Assembly: GCA_943354165.1 (NCBI GenBank)
Contig: CALRBH010000004.1
Location: 1,049 to 65,048, forward strand
Reading direction: 5' to 3'
Length of the DNA: 64,000 nucleotides
Source: Candidatus Uhrbacteria bacterium RIFOXYB12_FULL_58_10
Lineage (GTDB): Bacteria > Patescibacteriota > Patescibacteriia > UBA9934 > GWF2-40-263
Shown: positions 41,751 to 51,939 of the stretch, in pieces
Position numbering within the stretch: position 1 is the stretch's first letter
How the letters are laid out: each line of letters starts with the position of its first letter
Notes under the pieces: generated by a model
Seen by the model: the letters and a program-made list of their open reading frames with translations, nothing else
Databases searched by the model: none
Told to the model about the DNA's origin: nothing
Made by a program: the position numbers and the translations under genes

Positions 41751-42548
41751 ATGCGACGCTTTACCGTGAGAACCGGGACGAGGAATCGGGTCCTCATTGG
41801 CATCGGGATCTGCATGATCGCAGCCATCCTGTTTTTTCGTACGAGCCTGCTTGTCATCATCAGCCCGTTTGAACGTGTGCTGACGGCGACCTCGTCATCC
41901 ATCGGTTCCATATGGACCGGACTGTTCCGCGGGGCAGAGGAGTCCGCCCGCGCGGATGCCTGTGAGGCACAGCGCAATACGTTTGCCGTTTCTGCCGCGC
42001 ACATGGATGAGCTGGAACGGGAAAATACCCAGCTGAGGTCGAGACTCGCCTTCACCCAGCGCACCCGGTTTCAGACCATTTCAGCAAGCATCATCATGCG
42101 CAGCATCACCCCGCAATCACGCACGTTCGTGATTGATCGCGGCAGCACGGACGGCATCGTCGTTGGAGCCGCCGTCATTGCGGGAGACGGCATTCTGGTC
42201 GGGAAGATCTCGTCCGTAACGGCGGCGACGGCGACGGTGGTCGCAAGCACGGATCCTTCCTCAAAAATCGCCTCGACGCTCCTGAACCACTCACGAACCA
42301 TCGGACTCTCAGAAGGAGGGACTGCCTCGTTAATGACCCTTCGTTATATCCCTCACGATGAGCCGATCGCCATCAACGATCTCGTTATGAGCTCTGGCCT
42401 TGAAACCGGCATTCCAGCCGGGCTTATTGTCGGCATGGTAAATGCGGTGCACAAAGAACCGACGGCGCCGTTCCAGGAAGCCATCATAGAACCGCCCGAA
42501 GACATTCGCCGCCTCACCTCGGTGGGCGTGCTCGTGAACTCCCTATGA
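41751..42548 (+). CDS. mreC: Rod shape-determining protein MreC
   Basis: TM, LERENTQLR coil, IDRGSTDGI, SSGL...PAGL.VG. Confidence 0.93.
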   Translation: MRRFTVRTGTRNRVLIGIGICMIAAILFFRTSLLVIISPFERVLTATSSSIGSIWTGLFRGAEESARADACEAQRNTFAVSAAHMDELERENTQLRSRLAFTQRTRFQTISASIIMRSITPQSRTFVIDRGSTDGIVVGAAVIAGDGILVGKISSVTAATATVVASTDPSSKIASTLLNHSRTIGLSEGGTASLMTLRYIPHDEPIAINDLVMSSGLETGIPAGLIVGMVNAVHKEPTAPFQEAIIEPPEDIRRLTSVGVLVNSL

Positions 42549-43069
42549 TCACGCGCATCATCCTCAGCATCATCTTTGGCGGCCTGGCCTTCATGATCCA
42601 GGTGTCGTTTATCGCCGCGCTGCCATTCCCGCTATCGGCGGGCCTACTGGTGGTTTACGCTGGTGCCTACTTTACTCAGCACCTCGGCGTACAGGACGGA
42701 ATCGTCTGGATCGTCGCGGCAGGGATCGTTTCCGACGCGTTTGGGCTCGCGCCACCTGGGTATGGGACGGTCGCTGCCCTCTGCACGGGAGCTTGGCTTT
42801 TCTTCGCCTCCACACGCATATTTTCCCATCGCTCGCTCTACGGCATCGTCTCCTGCGTGATAACCACCACACTTGTCTTCCAGCTTGCCGCCGCTCTCGT
42901 ATTGGTCGTGTTCCTACTACTCGGACGGGAAATCGACTGGCAGGGACAGGCGAATTTGGCGCTGTGGGGCATGCTGTTTTCACTCCCAATGGCGATCATC
43001 CTTTTCAAAGTCTGCTCCCCGTTCCGCCCGATCCTTGAACGTGTCGGATTCCGTTCTGAACGTCTATGA
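42545..43069 (+). CDS. mreD: MreD-like membrane protein
   Basis: Multi-TM ORF between mreC and mrdA. Confidence 0.7.
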   Translation: MITRIILSIIFGGLAFMIQVSFIAALPFPLSAGLLVVYAGAYFTQHLGVQDGIVWIVAAGIVSDAFGLAPPGYGTVAALCTGAWLFFASTRIFSHRSLYGIVSCVITTTLVFQLAAALVLVVFLLLGREIDWQGQANLALWGMLFSLPMAIILFKVCSPFRPILERVGFRSERL

Positions 43070-45012
43070 GCTGGTTTAAACGCTCTTCATCCCTAAATCC
43101 ACGCGATCCGTTCCCCCTGCACATGGATGCGGGTGTATTTCACTTGGCCGGAAAACACAGACCGGCGGTAGACATGTCGCCGGAAGCAGCCATGGCAGGC
43201 CAAGGGACCGGAAGGAGGATCGGTATATCATTGCCTTCCTATCAATTTCGACGTGTAGGTTTCTTTGCTTTGCTTGTCATGGGAGTTCTCTTGGCACGGG
43301 CCGGACAGCTACAAATCGTTCGGGCGTCAGATTACCACGAACTTGCCGAGGGGAATCGTGTTCGTTCCTACACGCTGCCGTCCCCGCGTGGCATTGTAAA
43401 TGACCGCACGGGTCAGGCGCTCATCCAAAATATTCCAACATTCACTCTAGAGATGATCCCAGCAGATATCCCTAAAGATCCGGACGAGCGTCGGAGACTT
43501 TTCACATCAGTTGCAGATCAAACTGGTATTCTTGTTTCCGAATTATTGGAAACCTATAACCGCCATCCGAATCGAGGAACGCAACCTGTTCCAATAGACC
43601 GCGGGATTCCATTCGAACAAGCCATGCGACTTTCCATCGAATCTTCCGGTTGGAAAGGGTTTCGCATTTCAACAGCGACCACGCGCCAATACGCCACCTC
43701 GGCGACACCGTCTCTGTCTCATATCCTTGGGTATACCGGCATCGTGAGTGAACGAGATCTTCTTCAGATGCAAGGGAAAGGGTATCGACAAGTGGATGAG
43801 ATCGGAAAGTCCGGTATTGAACGCGGCCTTGAGTCATTATTGCGAGGAGAGCCCGGGGCGCTCACGGTAGAAGTCGATGCCCATGGTCGTGAATTATCAG
43901 TTGTCTCTAGAACAGAACCGACCCCTGGAGCGAACGTTACTCTTTCTCTCGATGCAGAATTTCAGCGCTTCGCCGAAGAACGTTTACGAACGGTTCTCCA
44001 AAAAATCGGAAAAACGCGCGGTTCCATTGTGGCGATTGATCCTGAATCAGGAGGGATTCGTGCCCTTATTTCTTGGCCATCATTTGACAGCAACTCATTC
44101 GCACGAAGAATCGATGCAACGCAATATGCTCGTCTCATTGAAGATAAGGATGAGCCGTTATTTCCACGCGCGACCTCTGGAGAATTCCCATCCGGATCTA
44201 CGTTTAAACCGTTCGTCGCCTATGCAGCTCTCAAGGAGGGGGTCGTCACGGAACATACAAGTTTCGTTTCGACGGGAGGAATTTCTATTGGTCCGTGGTA
44301 TTTTCCAGACTGGAAACCTGGAGGACATGGGATCACAGATGTTCGCAAGGCACTGGCGGAATCCGTAAACACGTATTTCTACATCGTCGGAGGCGGATAT
44401 GACCGTACCACGGGGCTTGGAGTAGAACGCCTCACCTCCTATGCGCGGACATTTGGATTCGGAGAAAAGACGGGGATCGAACTTCCCGGCGAGGCCAGCG
44501 GATTTTTACCTTCAAAAGACTGGAAAGAGGAGACCAAAGGAGAACCTTGGTACGTGGGAGATACATACCACCTTGCCATTGGACAGGGGGATCTTCTCGT
44601 GACTCCGCTTCAGATGGCGACCGCCACCGCAGGGATCGCAAACGGAGGCACATCGGTCGCCGCAACGCTCATCCAAGGGATCGATGGTGGCACGACGCCA
44701 CGCCGCACAGAAGAATCTCATACCTATGACCCAGAAGTCGTACGCATCGTCCGCGAGGGAATGCGCCAGTCCGTGACGAAGGGAAGTTCGAGGTATCTCT
44801 CGATCCTTTCAGAGAACGTTGCTGGAAAAACAGGAACCGCCCAGGTGGGTGGAGATGAGGGGACGCATGCATGGTTCATCGGCTTCGGACCTTACGAGCA
44901 TCCGACGCTCGCGGTAGTCATCCTGCTGGAACACGGCGGCGAAGGCTCCTCCTACGCCGTTCCTATCGCAAAGGACCTGTTCGAATGGTGGTTCGCACAC
45001 GAACAGGATTAA
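43066..45012 (+). CDS. mrdA: Penicillin-binding protein 2
   Basis: PRG.I.DR, GSTFK (SxxK), SVN (SxN), KTGTAQ. Confidence 0.95.
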   Translation: MSWFKRSSSLNPRDPFPLHMDAGVFHLAGKHRPAVDMSPEAAMAGQGTGRRIGISLPSYQFRRVGFFALLVMGVLLARAGQLQIVRASDYHELAEGNRVRSYTLPSPRGIVNDRTGQALIQNIPTFTLEMIPADIPKDPDERRRLFTSVADQTGILVSELLETYNRHPNRGTQPVPIDRGIPFEQAMRLSIESSGWKGFRISTATTRQYATSATPSLSHILGYTGIVSERDLLQMQGKGYRQVDEIGKSGIERGLESLLRGEPGALTVEVDAHGRELSVVSRTEPTPGANVTLSLDAEFQRFAEERLRTVLQKIGKTRGSIVAIDPESGGIRALISWPSFDSNSFARRIDATQYARLIEDKDEPLFPRATSGEFPSGSTFKPFVAYAALKEGVVTEHTSFVSTGGISIGPWYFPDWKPGGHGITDVRKALAESVNTYFYIVGGGYDRTTGLGVERLTSYARTFGFGEKTGIELPGEASGFLPSKDWKEETKGEPWYVGDTYHLAIGQGDLLVTPLQMATATAGIANGGTSVAATLIQGIDGGTTPRRTEESHTYDPEVVRIVREGMRQSVTKGSSRYLSILSENVAGKTGTAQVGGDEGTHAWFIGFGPYEHPTLAVVILLEHGGEGSSYAVPIAKDLFEWWFAHEQD

Positions 45013-45818
45013 CGTTTCATTTTTGCGTAGAGGGAGCAGCCGAGGAAAAGTGCCGTGCCAGTGAGCACCACAGTGGCGCCGGCAGGCCAATCGAAGATGA
45101 CAGCAAAGACAAGCCCGCCAACGACAGACATCTCGGCGACGATCAGCGCTCCCCAAAGGTAAGAACTGAAGGTCTTGGAAACGGTGCGGGCGGCTGACGC
45201 GGGGATAATCAGAAGGGCAGAAACAAGGACAATGCCGAGCAGCTTCACGGCAACGACGGTAACCAACGCAAGGCAAAGGTAGAATACGAGAGACAATCGA
45301 TCCGTATTCACTCCGCGAACAAAAGCGGTCTCTTCATTTAGGCTCGCATCCGTCATCTCCCGACGGTTGCGCACGAGCCAGATGATCGGAACGATGGTGG
45401 CGAGGGCAACATAAGGAAGATCCTGCGAACGTACGGAAAGAATATTGCCGAACAGATAGGACACGAGATCAGGCTGGAACCCGCGCGTAAAACTCATAAG
45501 GACGACACCGAGGGCCATGCTCGCGCTAAACAGGATGCCGAGCGTCGCATCGGACGGAAGGCGCGTACTGCGTTCGCTTTTGTAAAGCACATAGGCAATG
45601 CCCATCGACCAGACCATGGCCACCGGAAGCGGCGCGAATCCAAGCAGGAGGGCGATCGCGATTCCAGCCAACGAAGCGTGCGCGATTCCTTCGCCAAAGA
45701 ACGAAAGGCGGCGTGCAAGCGCAAACACACCAAACAGCGCGAGTCCGGCGCCCACAAGCACGCCGGCCAGGAGGGCCCGCTGCATGAACGGATAGGTGAA
45801 GACGGAAAGGGAATCCAT
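45009..45818 (-). CDS. znuB: Zn/Mn ABC transporter permease
   Basis: FMQRALLAG, HASLAG, YLFGNIL, LLIIPA. Confidence 0.9.
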   Translation of the reverse strand: MDSLSVFTYPFMQRALLAGVLVGAGLALFGVFALARRLSFFGEGIAHASLAGIAIALLLGFAPLPVAMVWSMGIAYVLYKSERSTRLPSDATLGILFSASMALGVVLMSFTRGFQPDLVSYLFGNILSVRSQDLPYVALATIVPIIWLVRNRREMTDASLNEETAFVRGVNTDRLSLVFYLCLALVTVVAVKLLGIVLVSALLIIPASAARTVSKTFSSYLWGALIVAEMSVVGGLVFAVIFDWPAGATVVLTGTALFLGCSLYAKMKR

Positions 45819-45819
45819 A

Positions 45820-46539
45820 CTAGTGCAGGTGAGCGTCGAATCCGTACAACTCTCCGATCTTTTTCTTGGTGAGCGTGCGTCCGGGCGGCCCTTCGCAAAG
45901 CAGTTTCCGGTTCACGCAGATCACATGCGTTACCACCTTAGAAATGACGGAAAGGTCGTGAGAGACGAGGACGATGGTGGTTCCATGATCCTTGTTCAGA
46001 TGTTCGATCACGTCATAGAACACCGCTTCGCCCGCCACATCGATGCCGGCGGCCGGCTCATCCATGAACACGATCGGCGGATGTCGAATGATCGCCTGAG
46101 CGATGAGCACGCGCTGCAGCTGTCCTCCAGAAAGCGTCCCGAGCGTCTGGGAGAGAACCGTTGGGAGCAGACCGACTTCCTTCACCACCTCATCGATATG
46201 ATCGCTCGTGCAGTTCTTGTCGCCAGCAAGGGCAATGAACTCACGCACGGTGATGGGAAAGTTCCGGTCGAAAGCAAACCGTTGAGGGACGTAGCCGACG
46301 AAGCCTCGGATGTCATGCGGATGCCTGCCGGAGACAAGCACCTCGCCGCTCATGACAGGAATCAGCCCAAGCATGGCGCGCATGAGGGTCGTTTTCCCGC
46401 TTCCGTTCGGCCCGATGATCGCGGTAATGGAACCGAGGGGAACTTCCGCTGTCACCCCCTCAAGCACAGGAACCCCGTTGTAGCCAACGGTCAACGCCTT
46501 CATGGAAACCGCCGGATTATTCGTGTGCGCTGATGACAT
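45820..46539 (-). CDS. znuC: Zn/Mn ABC transporter ATPase
   Basis: GPNGSGKT, GYVPQ, LSGGQLQR, DEP, VSHDL. Confidence 0.9.
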   Translation of the reverse strand: MSSAHTNNPAVSMKALTVGYNGVPVLEGVTAEVPLGSITAIIGPNGSGKTTLMRAMLGLIPVMSGEVLVSGRHPHDIRGFVGYVPQRFAFDRNFPITVREFIALAGDKNCTSDHIDEVVKEVGLLPTVLSQTLGTLSGGQLQRVLIAQAIIRHPPIVFMDEPAAGIDVAGEAVFYDVIEHLNKDHGTTIVLVSHDLSVISKVVTHVICVNRKLLCEGPPGRTLTKKKIGELYGFDAHLH

Positions 46540-47398
46540 GTGCGTTGGTGAGAAGAAGGTCTGAATAGCTTTCAACCGCTGGTGAGCCCCCGATATCATC
46601 AAGGGTAGCGATTGTGATGCCGTTATCCTTGGCGAATGATTCGATGCCTTCCGTAGACGACTGGACTTCGGCAAACAGCGTGTGAACGTTCGACGTCTTC
46701 AGCGTCTTCGTGAGCTCGGCAAGGAAGGCCGGCGTCGGTTCCCGGCCGGACGATGGCTCGAAACTTCCGGCGACCTTGAGCCCGTACGCGTTAGCAAAAT
46801 AATACCACGCGTCATGAAACGTGACGATGGAACGGCTCTTGCGCGGCGCGAGAATGGAACGCACGTCCGCATCAAGCTTTGTGAGTTCGATGGTCAGCAG
46901 ACGTTCGCGTTCGGCAAAAGCGGCCTTATGTGCAGGGAAGTGCGCGGAAAGATCGTCCATGATCGTTCCCGCCATCACCAAGGCGTTCTTTGCATCAAGC
47001 CAGTAATGGGGATCGATGGGGCCTTCATCCTCATCGTGCGAAGCGAGCAAGGTGATGTCCTTGTCCAGAATCACCTGAGGTGCGCCCGAAGACTCGATGA
47101 TCGGCGCGGCCCAATCGTCGAATCCGTGTCCGATGGCGTAGACGACCGTCGCTCGTGAGGACTTCGTGATGTCCGATGGTGTCGGTTCAAACGTATGTGG
47201 ACTTGCTCCCGGCGGAAGAATGAGCACGACCTCAAGATCGTCTCCAGCAATGCGTCGGGTAAGGTCGAAGGCAGGGAAGATCGTCGCCGCCACAGTCGGT
47301 CGTGTATTTGTCGTTGGAGTCACGTCTCGTGAACGCCAGACCAACAACCCCCCGAACCCGACAGCGATGATCGCAACGGCAGCGATTCGATAATTCAT
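46517..47398 (-). CDS. znuA: Zn/Mn ABC transporter substrate-binding protein
   Basis: SPHTFEPTP, DPHYWLD, FHDAWYYF. Confidence 0.9.
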   Translation of the reverse strand: MNYRIAAVAIIAVGFGGLLVWRSRDVTPTTNTRPTVAATIFPAFDLTRRIAGDDLEVVLILPPGASPHTFEPTPSDITKSSRATVVYAIGHGFDDWAAPIIESSGAPQVILDKDITLLASHDEDEGPIDPHYWLDAKNALVMAGTIMDDLSAHFPAHKAAFAERERLLTIELTKLDADVRSILAPRKSRSIVTFHDAWYYFANAYGLKVAGSFEPSSGREPTPAFLAELTKTLKTSNVHTLFAEVQSSTEGIESFAKDNGITIATLDDIGGSPAVESYSDLLLTNAHVISAHE

Positions 47399-47430
47399 AT
47401 TGCTATCAGAATACAAGAGCTGTATTCTAA

Positions 47431-47447
47431 ATGCAAATAATTTGCAT
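47431..47447. promoter_or_regulatory. 8-1-8 palindrome, candidate Zur/Fur-family operator
   Basis: ATGCAAAT-A-ATTTGCAT perfect palindrome upstream of znuA. Confidence 0.55.
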
Positions 47448-47493
47448 CTGTAGGCCTGTCCTCTGTGGATAAACACCGCTATACTAGGAACCT

Positions 47494-48597
47494 ATGCGTA
47501 AACAGCTCCTCGTCATCGCCGCCTGTGTTCTTGCCCTATTGCCTGGGAGTTTGGCGTTGGCGCAATCGGACATGCAGGCCCTGCCGGAAAGCCGGGAGGT
47601 TCGCGCAACGGTGACACGGATCATCAATGATCGCATGCTCGAAGGGAAGCGTCAGGTGAAATTTGAAGCGCAGGACAAAAAAGACAGCACCTCCTACACC
47701 GTGGATACCGCCGGGTCCTACACGGAAGGATTGCGGTACGACATCGATGAAGGAACCCGCGTGATTCTCCAGCTGCTTCCGGGAGATGACGGATCATATA
47801 CGGCTTACCTATCCGATGTAGTTCGCACGCCACAACTCTTACTTATCTTCCTGTTCTTCTGCCTGGTCACGCTCCTAGTTGGTGTCTGGCGCGGTGCGGC
47901 GTCCCTGATCGGACTCGTCATTACCGCCGCGATTCTCTTTGGCGGAATCCTGCCGATGATTCTTGCGGGGCATGACCCAATTCTCGTCACCGTCATCGGG
48001 TCCGTTATCATCCTTGCGGTGAACATGCACCTCTCGCACGGGTTCAACCGCCGGACGGCCTTCGGATTCCTTTCAGCGACGATCGCGCTCGCAAGTACGG
48101 TCGTCTTTGCAAAACTGTTTACCTTGTTTGCGAAACTTTCCGGACTTGCGGGAGAAGAAGCGACGTTTCTCTACTGGCAAGGTGGCGTCACGGATCCCGT
48201 CGGGCTGCTGGTAGCAGGATTCATTCTCGGAGCAACCGGCGTGCTCGATGACATCGCCGTAACCCAGGCGGAGACCGTTGCTGAACTGCGCGAAGCGGAT
48301 CCTACGCTTTCTACGCGCGAACTTTACCGGCGGGCCATGCGCGTGGGCCGACATCACATCGCCTCCACGGTAAATACGCTGGTCCTCGCCTACGCCGGCG
48401 CCGCCATGCCATTGTTCCTCCTATTCATGAGCTCCAAGGTTTCCATCGCAGATTTCAGCAACACGGAACTCGTTGCGGAGGAGATCGTGCGCACCCTGTC
48501 AGGAACCGTCGCGCTGGTTCTTGCTGTTCCGCTCGCCACGTATTTTGCCGCCTGGAACGAAGGTCATTTACCACAGCTTGACACCCATAAGCACTAA
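47494..48597 (+). CDS. YibE/F family membrane protein
   Basis: GVLDDIAVTQ, VGRHHIASTVNTLVLAYAG, EEIVRTL. Confidence 0.92.
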   Translation: MRKQLLVIAACVLALLPGSLALAQSDMQALPESREVRATVTRIINDRMLEGKRQVKFEAQDKKDSTSYTVDTAGSYTEGLRYDIDEGTRVILQLLPGDDGSYTAYLSDVVRTPQLLLIFLFFCLVTLLVGVWRGAASLIGLVITAAILFGGILPMILAGHDPILVTVIGSVIILAVNMHLSHGFNRRTAFGFLSATIALASTVVFAKLFTLFAKLSGLAGEEATFLYWQGGVTDPVGLLVAGFILGATGVLDDIAVTQAETVAELREADPTLSTRELYRRAMRVGRHHIASTVNTLVLAYAGAAMPLFLLFMSSKVSIADFSNTELVAEEIVRTLSGTVALVLAVPLATYFAAWNEGHLPQLDTHKH

Positions 48598-48621
48598 GGT
48601 ACGATAGCCACAAGACATCAA

Positions 48622-48654
48622 ACGCTCGTGGCTTACGCCGCGAGTGTATTTTTC
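48622..48654 (+). terminator. Terminator-like hairpin in greA leader
   Basis: ACGCTCGTGGC-ttac-GCCGCGAGTGT-ATTTTT, downstream of TTGACA(48578)/TACGAT(48600). Confidence 0.55.
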
Positions 48655-48660
48655 ACGGCT

Positions 48661-49116
48661 ATGCCTACATTCGTTTCAAAAGAAGGACTCAAAAAACTTG
48701 AAGAAGAATTTGCCCATCGCAAGCAAGTGGAACGGCGTTCAATTGCCGACCGAATCGAAACGGCGAAGGAACTCGGTGACCTCTCCGAGAATTTCGAGTA
48801 TCATGATGCGAAGGAAGCTCAGTCCATGAATGAATCGCGACTGATTGATCTTGAGAGCATGATCAAGGACGCGGTCATTGTAGAAACCCAGACCGGTGGA
48901 AGTGAAATCACCCTTGGTTCCACATTCACCGTAACGTTTTCCGGAAAAAACAAGACGTTTGAAATGGTTGGATCGAATGAAGCCGATCCGCTTGCAGGGA
49001 AGATCTCAAATGAATCCCCCCTCGGTCAGGCTTTTCTCGGACGTGCTGCCGGAGAATCCGTGGAAGTCCAGGTACCATCAGGAACCGTGAGCTACAAAAT
49101 TACAGATATCAAATAA
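48661..49116 (+). CDS. greA: Transcription elongation factor GreA
   Basis: GDLSENFEYHDAK, ISNESPLG; upstream of lysS. Confidence 0.95.
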   Translation: MPTFVSKEGLKKLEEEFAHRKQVERRSIADRIETAKELGDLSENFEYHDAKEAQSMNESRLIDLESMIKDAVIVETQTGGSEITLGSTFTVTFSGKNKTFEMVGSNEADPLAGKISNESPLGQAFLGRAAGESVEVQVPSGTVSYKITDIK

Positions 49117-49129
49117 GGACGTTGGACCT

Positions 49130-50644
49130 ATGATCGATGAAGAAGCCGTACGCATCGGACGACTTGAGCGCCTACGCGCCGCAGGCATTGATCCGTACCC
49201 AACGCGTGCCATACGCACGCATACCATCGCTCAATACCTTGCGATCTTCGATTCGCTGCTGCCCGCAGAAGGGGAGGAGGGAACAAAAGAGGTGACTCTG
49301 GTTGGACGCCTTAAGACGATCCGCAAGCACGGAGGTCTTACGTTTGCCCATCTTGAAGATGGGTCTGGTGCCGTTCAGATCGCGTTGCGAAAGGATCGTT
49401 TGAAGGAGGAGGGATACGCCTTTTTCCACGATACGGTGGACATGGGAGATTTTGTCGAAGTGACCGGAACTTCTTTTCTCACGAAGAAAGGTGAGCGTTC
49501 ACTCGACACTCGCGAATACAAAATGCTTTCCAAATCGCTTCTCCCGATGCCGGAGAAATGGCACGGCCTTACGGACGTAGAAATCCGCTACCGCCGCCGC
49601 TACCTCGATCTCATTTCAAACGAACAGGTTCGTTCAATTTTCAAAACCCGCGCCGCCATCATCCGTTCGATGCGCAATTACCTTGAGGGCCATGCGTTCA
49701 TGGAAGTAGAGACTCCCGTGCTTCAGGCTATTCCTGGAGGCGCCTCTGCACGCCCATTCGTGACCCATCACAACGCGCTAGATGTAGACATGTACCTGCG
49801 CATCGCCCCAGAGTTGTATCTCAAGCGCTGCATCGTAGGCGGATATGAGCGTGTGTTCGAGTTCGCCCGCTGCTTCCGCAACGAGGGGATCGATCATCTT
49901 CACAACCCTGAGTTCACCCAAATCGAAGGCTACGCGGCCTACATGGATTATGAGGAACTCATGGTCTTCCTCGAGAAAATGCTCGAGCAGGTCGTCCGCG
50001 ACTGTGGCCTCGATGTTGCCAAGGTTCCGTACCAGGGTCACGAATTGAATTTCACGGCCCCTTATCCTCGCGTCACGTTCCGCGATGCGATCAAACAGTA
50101 CGCGAATGTCGATATCGAAGAATATACTGACCGCGCATCAATGGCCAAGCTCGCGTTAAAACACGGTGTGCCGGTTGCTCCGACCGACAGCCACAGCACC
50201 ATTATCGACACGTTCTACAAGCACCTCGTCCGTCCGAAGATCATCCAGCCGGTTTATCTCATTGATTATCCGGCAGAGATCTCTCCGCTCGCAAAACGAA
50301 AAGTCGATAACCCGAAGCTCGTGGAAATGTTCCAGCTTGTTTATGGCGGCGGCGTAGAAAACATCAAGGCCTTCACGGAGCTAAACGATCCGCTGGATCA
50401 GGAAGAACGTTTCAAGGAGCAGGACAAGGCTCGCGCGGAAGGGGACGAGGAGGCCCAATTCAGCGACCCTGACTTCGTTCGTGCGCTTAAGCACGGCATG
50501 CCGCCCACGGCAGGATTCGGCATTGGCATCGACCGTCTTACAGCAACCCTTACGAATTCCCACAGTCTCAAGGAAGTCATTCTCTTCCCAACACTCCGTC
50601 CGGAGGCGCCAGAAATACCACAAGCTCCTCAAGCGAATGTATGA
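49130..50644 (+). CDS. lysS: Lysine--tRNA ligase (class II)
   Basis: RRRYLDL, GGASARPF, YLRIAPELYLKR, FRNEG, GMPPTAGFGIGIDRL. Confidence 0.97.
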   Translation: MIDEEAVRIGRLERLRAAGIDPYPTRAIRTHTIAQYLAIFDSLLPAEGEEGTKEVTLVGRLKTIRKHGGLTFAHLEDGSGAVQIALRKDRLKEEGYAFFHDTVDMGDFVEVTGTSFLTKKGERSLDTREYKMLSKSLLPMPEKWHGLTDVEIRYRRRYLDLISNEQVRSIFKTRAAIIRSMRNYLEGHAFMEVETPVLQAIPGGASARPFVTHHNALDVDMYLRIAPELYLKRCIVGGYERVFEFARCFRNEGIDHLHNPEFTQIEGYAAYMDYEELMVFLEKMLEQVVRDCGLDVAKVPYQGHELNFTAPYPRVTFRDAIKQYANVDIEEYTDRASMAKLALKHGVPVAPTDSHSTIIDTFYKHLVRPKIIQPVYLIDYPAEISPLAKRKVDNPKLVEMFQLVYGGGVENIKAFTELNDPLDQEERFKEQDKARAEGDEEAQFSDPDFVRALKHGMPPTAGFGIGIDRLTATLTNSHSLKEVILFPTLRPEAPEIPQAPQANV

Positions 50645-51027
50645 GCCGCACGGTTCTCGCGTTTGGAACCTTCGACAGGTTCCATGAAGGACACAAGCAA
50701 TTTCTCCAGCACGCGTTAGCGCTGGGAGACCGCCTGTGCGTTTCCGTCGCACGTGACGCGCATGTGCGAACGTTCAAGCGCAAAGACCCGATCCGAGGGG
50801 AAGGGGACCGTCTGGCCACCATCCAGGCACTTCCGTACGTAGACAAAGCCGTTCTTTCGGATGAGACCCTCGGAAGCTACGACGTGATCGATCGGATTCG
50901 TCCCGACATCATTGCTATTGGACACGACCAAGACGCGTTGCAGGCAGATCTGCTACGATGGATGTCAGAGAAGGGCCAGATCATCCCGATGCAAACGATT
51001 GGAAAATATGCGCGAGAGGAGGCGTGA
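50641..51027 (+). CDS. Cytidyltransferase-like protein (RibL/FAD synthase-like)
   Basis: FGTFDRFHEGH, VARD, PDIIAIGHDQ. Confidence 0.85.
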   Translation: MSRTVLAFGTFDRFHEGHKQFLQHALALGDRLCVSVARDAHVRTFKRKDPIRGEGDRLATIQALPYVDKAVLSDETLGSYDVIDRIRPDIIAIGHDQDALQADLLRWMSEKGQIIPMQTIGKYAREEA

Positions 51028-51874
51028 TTTTTTTCGAGGGCTTCAACGCGAACGCTATGCTTCGCGCGCGTATCGTAATCCCCATAAACAGCGTGGAGCG
51101 GAGCACACGAGCATCCGACTCCTTCCCATCGGCATAGGACTTATTTCCTGCGCCGCCATTGGAGGAATCGTCTGGATACTTGCCTCCGGAACGTTCAACA
51201 TCCGCCATGTTGAGATCGATGGGCAGAAGATCCACACGTTTGATGAACTCGCGAAGGAAACCCGGGCAGAATTGAATGAACGGGCGTTTTTTATTATCCC
51301 CAAAGCCAATAGATTTATCTTCGACGAATCCAACCTGCGTGAGCGACTTGTATCAAAGTTTGATCTCGAAGACGCGAGCGTTATTCATACAGGTGATCAG
51401 GTGCACATTGTCGTGAAGGAACGGGTCGAGACCTTACTTTGGACAAGTGGATCACGTCTATATCTTACGGACCGTTTCGGCGTAGTGCTACGCGAACTTT
51501 CCGCATCGGAACGTGCCGCACGGGAGGCGTCTCTTCCAACAACAGAAAAATCGCTTCCCGTGTTTATCGATATCCGCGCCGTCGAAGTCCAGCCAGGCAA
51601 CCGCGTGCTTGAGGCCGATGAGTTTGCCCGCATCATGGAGTTCCAGCAGGCCGTATCTGATCTCGGATATCCGTCTGGTGCCATCAAAGTGGACCGTCTT
51701 GCCGGAGCCTGGATGGCGCTCACGTGCGACGGGTTTGACGTAGTGTTCGATCCAGGAGGAAATGCCGCGGACCAGGCCAAGAATTTAAAAGTAGTCTTAC
51801 GCGAACGCGTTCCGGATCCGAAGTTGATCGAGTATATAGATGTCCGTTTCGGCGATCACGTGTATTATAAATAG
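51008..51874 (+). CDS. FtsQ/DivIB-like cell division protein
   Basis: Basic N-terminus, TM, POTRA-like region, C-terminal YIDVRFGDHVYYK. Confidence 0.8.
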   Translation: MRERRRDFFRGLQRERYASRAYRNPHKQRGAEHTSIRLLPIGIGLISCAAIGGIVWILASGTFNIRHVEIDGQKIHTFDELAKETRAELNERAFFIIPKANRFIFDESNLRERLVSKFDLEDASVIHTGDQVHIVVKERVETLLWTSGSRLYLTDRFGVVLRELSASERAAREASLPTTEKSLPVFIDIRAVEVQPGNRVLEADEFARIMEFQQAVSDLGYPSGAIKVDRLAGAWMALTCDGFDVVFDPGGNAADQAKNLKVVLRERVPDPKLIEYIDVRFGDHVYYK

Positions 51875-51938
51875 CATTCAGTAGACAGCAGTCAGCATTC
51901 AGGGTTTCCTGACTACTGACTACTGACTACTGACTACC
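51873..51938. repeat. Inverted pair of 4x 7-mer tandem arrays (AGYAKWC / GACTACT)
   Basis: AGCATTC AGTAGAC AGCAGTC AGCATTC AGG-gttt-CCT GACTACT GACTACT GACTACT GACTACC then TATG. Confidence 0.9.
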
Positions 51939-51939
51939 T

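Noticed and set aside
47464-47472. oriC from a DnaA box
   Set aside because: Single box, no cluster, no AT-rich unwinding element or dnaA nearby
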